Assembly (NCBI RefSeq): GCF_027921745.1
Contig: NC_079240.1
Location: 806,001 to 870,000, forward strand
Reading direction: 5' to 3'
Length of the DNA stretch: 64,000 nt
From: Schizosaccharomyces osmophilus
Lineage: Eukaryota
Shown: positions 60,762-64,000 of the stretch, piece after piece
How the letters are laid out: the number at the start of each line of letters is the position of its first letter
Position numbering within the stretch: position 1 is the first letter of the stretch
Made by a program: the position numbers and the translations under genes
The notes under the pieces: model-generated
The model's database searches: none
The model's input: the letters and a program-made list of their open reading frames with translations, nothing else
Told to the model about the DNA's origin: nothing

Positions 60762-62501
60762 TTATGCCTCTAAAACATAGCTATTGCGATACATATAAAT
60801 ACAACAAGAGCTTAGCCCCGCAAGGAGCAAACAAACAAAATTCATCCTGTTTAATTGAAAAAGTCGTTGTATAGCCCATAGAAATGCAATGAAGCTAATA
60901 CTTAGTACTGTAGCTAAAAGCCCGTTTCTTCTTCGGATTGTGGTTTTGGCTTCTAAAACTTCAGCAGAATCATTGGTCAGGTTCAGCGTCTCGGAAAATA
61001 GATTTTCTATGCCAGAACGTTTGAAAAGAGCAGATTTCGTATCCTCTTCATGGTTTTTTTGTAACTGTGCTGTCTTCTTATTTTGATCTAACTTTTTGTT
61101 GATTTCCGGCTTTGGATCGGTTAACGTTGGCGTCGTTTTTATGGAATCCTTTCCTCTGAAACTCTGAGGTACATTTTGAAAACGAGTAGATTTTGCAGAA
61201 TACGGACTTGAGGTTGGAAGAGCCTCGAGCTTTTTTTGAAGATTTGAAATTGGTGAGATCTTAGGCATTTCTGACAACTTTCGAAAATGTGAAGACAAAG
61301 GTGTTGTTTGAGGAAAAACGGGAGGCTTGGAATTGTTATCCTTTTTTTTTGCTCTGAAAGAACTTCCTCGTAACTTTTTTGTCAATGAGGCTAGTGTAGA
61401 CTTGCTTCTCCTTGACTTTTTTGGATGTGCCGTATCTGCTAAATTTATTTTTCGAGGAGAGCGAAAATCTAGGCAAGAAAAACTAACAATTAAGAAGAAT
61501 ATAACGACAAAAAACAGGACGGTATGAACTTGAGAGATTGTGGAACGAACGTTATTAGCGTCTTGAAAAAATTCAGTCTTGACAGCAAACTCGTAAAGAT
61601 TCAAAATATAGACAGACGCTAGCCGGATTAGAGTAGAGATGAACTGAGAACGAATGTATTGCTCTCTCCCATGAAGACTAGCAGATGAATCTTGAGAAAG
61701 AACAAGCCAGTAAGGATTCCAAAAAATTACAAAAAATCCCAGCCAAGTGATCATTGCACCTTGGCTCACACCTAAATTCAACAAGAAGAATTTAGAAATC
61801 TTCTTCAGCGATTCTTGAAGAAATGGTGGAAAAAAAGAGGGTATAATAGAATGGTAAAGATGCCAGCCTATAGCATGTGAATAAAAGAGGAAAAACCCAA
61901 TTCCTCTCAAAATCCATATCATAGAGGAAAAGGAGCTAGTATTTGAAGAAGGAGTCGAATAAAGTTTCTCCTTCGACTGAACGAGCCACTGGCCTAAGAC
62001 ATGATTTTTGGCTTCATAGTTATTGGTTTCCAATTGTTTGTGAACAGGGCCGTAGCAACTATCACAAACAATAGGAAATTTTTCTTCTAGAGATTCTTTA
62101 TATTTAGGAAAGGCAGCTTCATAAGCCTTATAATCAGGATGGTTTTGCTCAGGTAGAAAATCCGCAAGCATACGATTCACGAGCAGCTGGTTTCGCAAGC
62201 AGTTCTCGCAAAAAGGGCTCTTTATTTGTTTTCTTTCTACGGATCTTGAGAGAAAGTTAGGAGCAGATGTCTCATACGAAGGCGGTGTTGGAGGGCGATA
62301 GTCCACTACTTCTCCATTTTCATCAAAGTGGTTTGGAGCTTCACAGAGAGGACAGGTCCACTCCTTCATAGATCCATTTCTCGAACGTTTCACGTATTGG
62401 TTACAAGAAAAGCATCGTTTAAATGCCTTGTAGCCCATGCTTATTTGGTTTTTCTGATCTGGCGTCTCTTTACCTACGGTACTTCGTTTACCCCAGACCA
62501 T
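60762..62501 (-). CDS. ima1: Inner nuclear membrane protein Ima1 (Samp1/TMEM201-like)
   Basis: CFSC..WTCPLCEAPNHFD, FCENCLRNQ, LEEKFPIVCDSC and multiple TM segments. Confidence 0.9.
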   Translation of the reverse strand: MVWGKRSTVGKETPDQKNQISMGYKAFKRCFSCNQYVKRSRNGSMKEWTCPLCEAPNHFDENGEVVDYRPPTPPSYETSAPNFLSRSVERKQIKSPFCENCLRNQLLVNRMLADFLPEQNHPDYKAYEAAFPKYKESLEEKFPIVCDSCYGPVHKQLETNNYEAKNHVLGQWLVQSKEKLYSTPSSNTSSFSSMIWILRGIGFFLFYSHAIGWHLYHSIIPSFFPPFLQESLKKISKFFLLNLGVSQGAMITWLGFFVIFWNPYWLVLSQDSSASLHGREQYIRSQFISTLIRLASVYILNLYEFAVKTEFFQDANNVRSTISQVHTVLFFVVIFFLIVSFSCLDFRSPRKINLADTAHPKKSRRSKSTLASLTKKLRGSSFRAKKKDNNSKPPVFPQTTPLSSHFRKLSEMPKISPISNLQKKLEALPTSSPYSAKSTRFQNVPQSFRGKDSIKTTPTLTDPKPEINKKLDQNKKTAQLQKNHEEDTKSALFKRSGIENLFSETLNLTNDSAEVLEAKTTIRRRNGLLATVLSISFIAFLWAIQRLFQLNRMNFVCLLLAGLSSCCIYMYRNSYVLEA

Positions 62502-63602
62502 ATTCCATCCTTTGGGGAAAAGGAAGAAAAAGATGACTAAAATTCTATTGCTTGAAAAGAATCACAGAGTTTCTGGATGAAGGTAAGAAATGCACTTTCT
62601 TCCTACAGAATCAATCCGTGTTGTTCCAAAATCCCAACACTTAAAAGCAACAAAAAATAAAAGAAAAAGGAAGTAAAAAATAAAACTTTTTTTTAAATTA
62701 TAATGAAAGATGAGGACAGCTAAAAAACATGGAAATTGCTGCAATGCTGAAAATGGTGGTTATAAATAGCGACTGCAATGGTTGAAACTTCAGAACCGAT
62801 GAAGTCTGAGAACTTTTTCAATTGCACATGGAATGGTTAATTTTTATTTCGTTCATTACTTTCATTAGTAATGGTATCAAAAGCAGCACATGAAATGATA
62901 CTCTGTTCTTTTTTTCAAACACAATGTAAACAAACCAGTTGATATTTTATTTACTAAACCAAGTTATGAAAGCAGATGCGAATAAAACTAAATAAATAGA
63001 ATGAAGAAATTATATATTTTCTTAAAAGAAGCAATAAAATAGAATCAATTTGAGCAATCTGAATAATTTCAAAACACTGAACTTCTATCGTTAAAATATC
63101 ATGTTAATGTGAAGGGAGTATGATATTTGTTTTGATGCATATTTCATGTGCAATTTGCAAGCAAACATACTTTGTACATTACTAATATTAAGCTGAATTG
63201 GCAGCTTCAAGTCGGCTTGCGCATGAGGAACGCCAAGAAGGTGCGTGGTCAAATTAGTAAGAAAAATGGTTACCAGGTAGCCATCATTCCTTTTTTTTAA
63301 TGACACAGAACACTATTAATCCCTTCTTTGAAGGATATAGAGACTCTTAAACAGTTTATGTTAAGACTACTCTTACGGTTTCAACCATTTTGCTCATTTT
63401 GCGTTGAAATCGTACACAAAGAGAGCTGGTACTTTGAGAGGAAATAAATTCAAAGAAAGTACTTTATTTACCATTTAAGTGCTACTTTACTGTTTATATT
63501 CACACTTTTCTTGATTCTGTATAGGCATAACCCTTACTGTATACTCATATGGGAAGAGAATTGACTACGTACCCAGAGCATGCATGTGTGAAACCAAAAC
63601 CC

Positions 63603-64000
63603 ATGGCTTATTACAACAATCCAGCAAATTTACAGTATTACCAAGGGACTCTTCCCGAAACAAATTCCTATGCTGCACAGGCACGATCTTCTGGGTTTTA
63701 TGATGAGCCTTTAAGTGAACCTCTAAGCCAAGGTTGGCTCGCTGCATTTTCTACCGGTGGATACCCAGGAGAACCCTCATTGCTTGAGGAATTAGACATC
63801 AATTTCGGTCACATAAAACAAAAAGTAAGTGAGATGATGCTTTTCCATCGGACACTCTGAATGCAAGCCAGCCTGAGAAACGATATCCAGATTTGAAATC
63901 CACGTCCATTGTGTTGGCTACAGAGATACCTTCTGTTCTATTTTTTTTTCATTGTAGTTTTTCTGCTAACGCTGTAAATTAGACCACACACGTACTGAAT
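63603..64000 (+). CDS. yip1: Yip1-family protein, 5' part (exons 63603-63824, 63983->64000; partial)
   Basis: GWLAAFSTGGYPGEPSLLEELDINFGHIKQK|TTHVLN; 158-nt intron GTAAGT..GCTAAC..TAG. Confidence 0.9.

Noticed and set aside
1..64000. CRISPR arrays, prokaryotic operons or intact transposons
   Set aside because: Eukaryotic intron-containing DNA; no repeat-spacer arrays, LTR pairs, terminal inverted repeats or RT/integrase/transposase ORFs seen.

Overview
Eukaryotic, AT-rich, gene-dense chromosome-arm DNA from a fission yeast. Proteins are clearly orthologous to but diverged from S. pombe, so most likely the S. octosporus/osmophilus/cryophilus clade. I can support about 32 protein-coding genes (many intron-containing, rebuilt by hand from GT..CTAAC..AG signals) and three tRNA genes (Arg-ACG, Gln-TTG, Lys-TTT). 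Gene order follows two recalled S. pombe chromosome III blocks: mcm4/cdc21-gad8-ada2-tpi1-pog1-opy1, and ptc2-meu10-cbf12-aro2-ssp1-set7-qcr7-ima1. They are joined by a ~4.8 kb gap with no intact protein gene that holds a decayed minus-strand ORF, a ~150 bp imperfect tandem repeat and co-oriented forkhead (FLEX-like) motifs. Most striking observation: every intron longer than ~100 nt that I examined shows nested inverted repeats placed so that folding would bring the 5' splice site close to the branch point, in the clearest cases to the ~25-55 nt spacing of ordinary short introns. Also notable: an NAD-kinase-family gene with three signature motifs substituted (likely pseudoenzyme), and candidate 5'-UTR introns that create spliced uORFs. 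All pairings and translations were done by eye; no folding or database searches were run.
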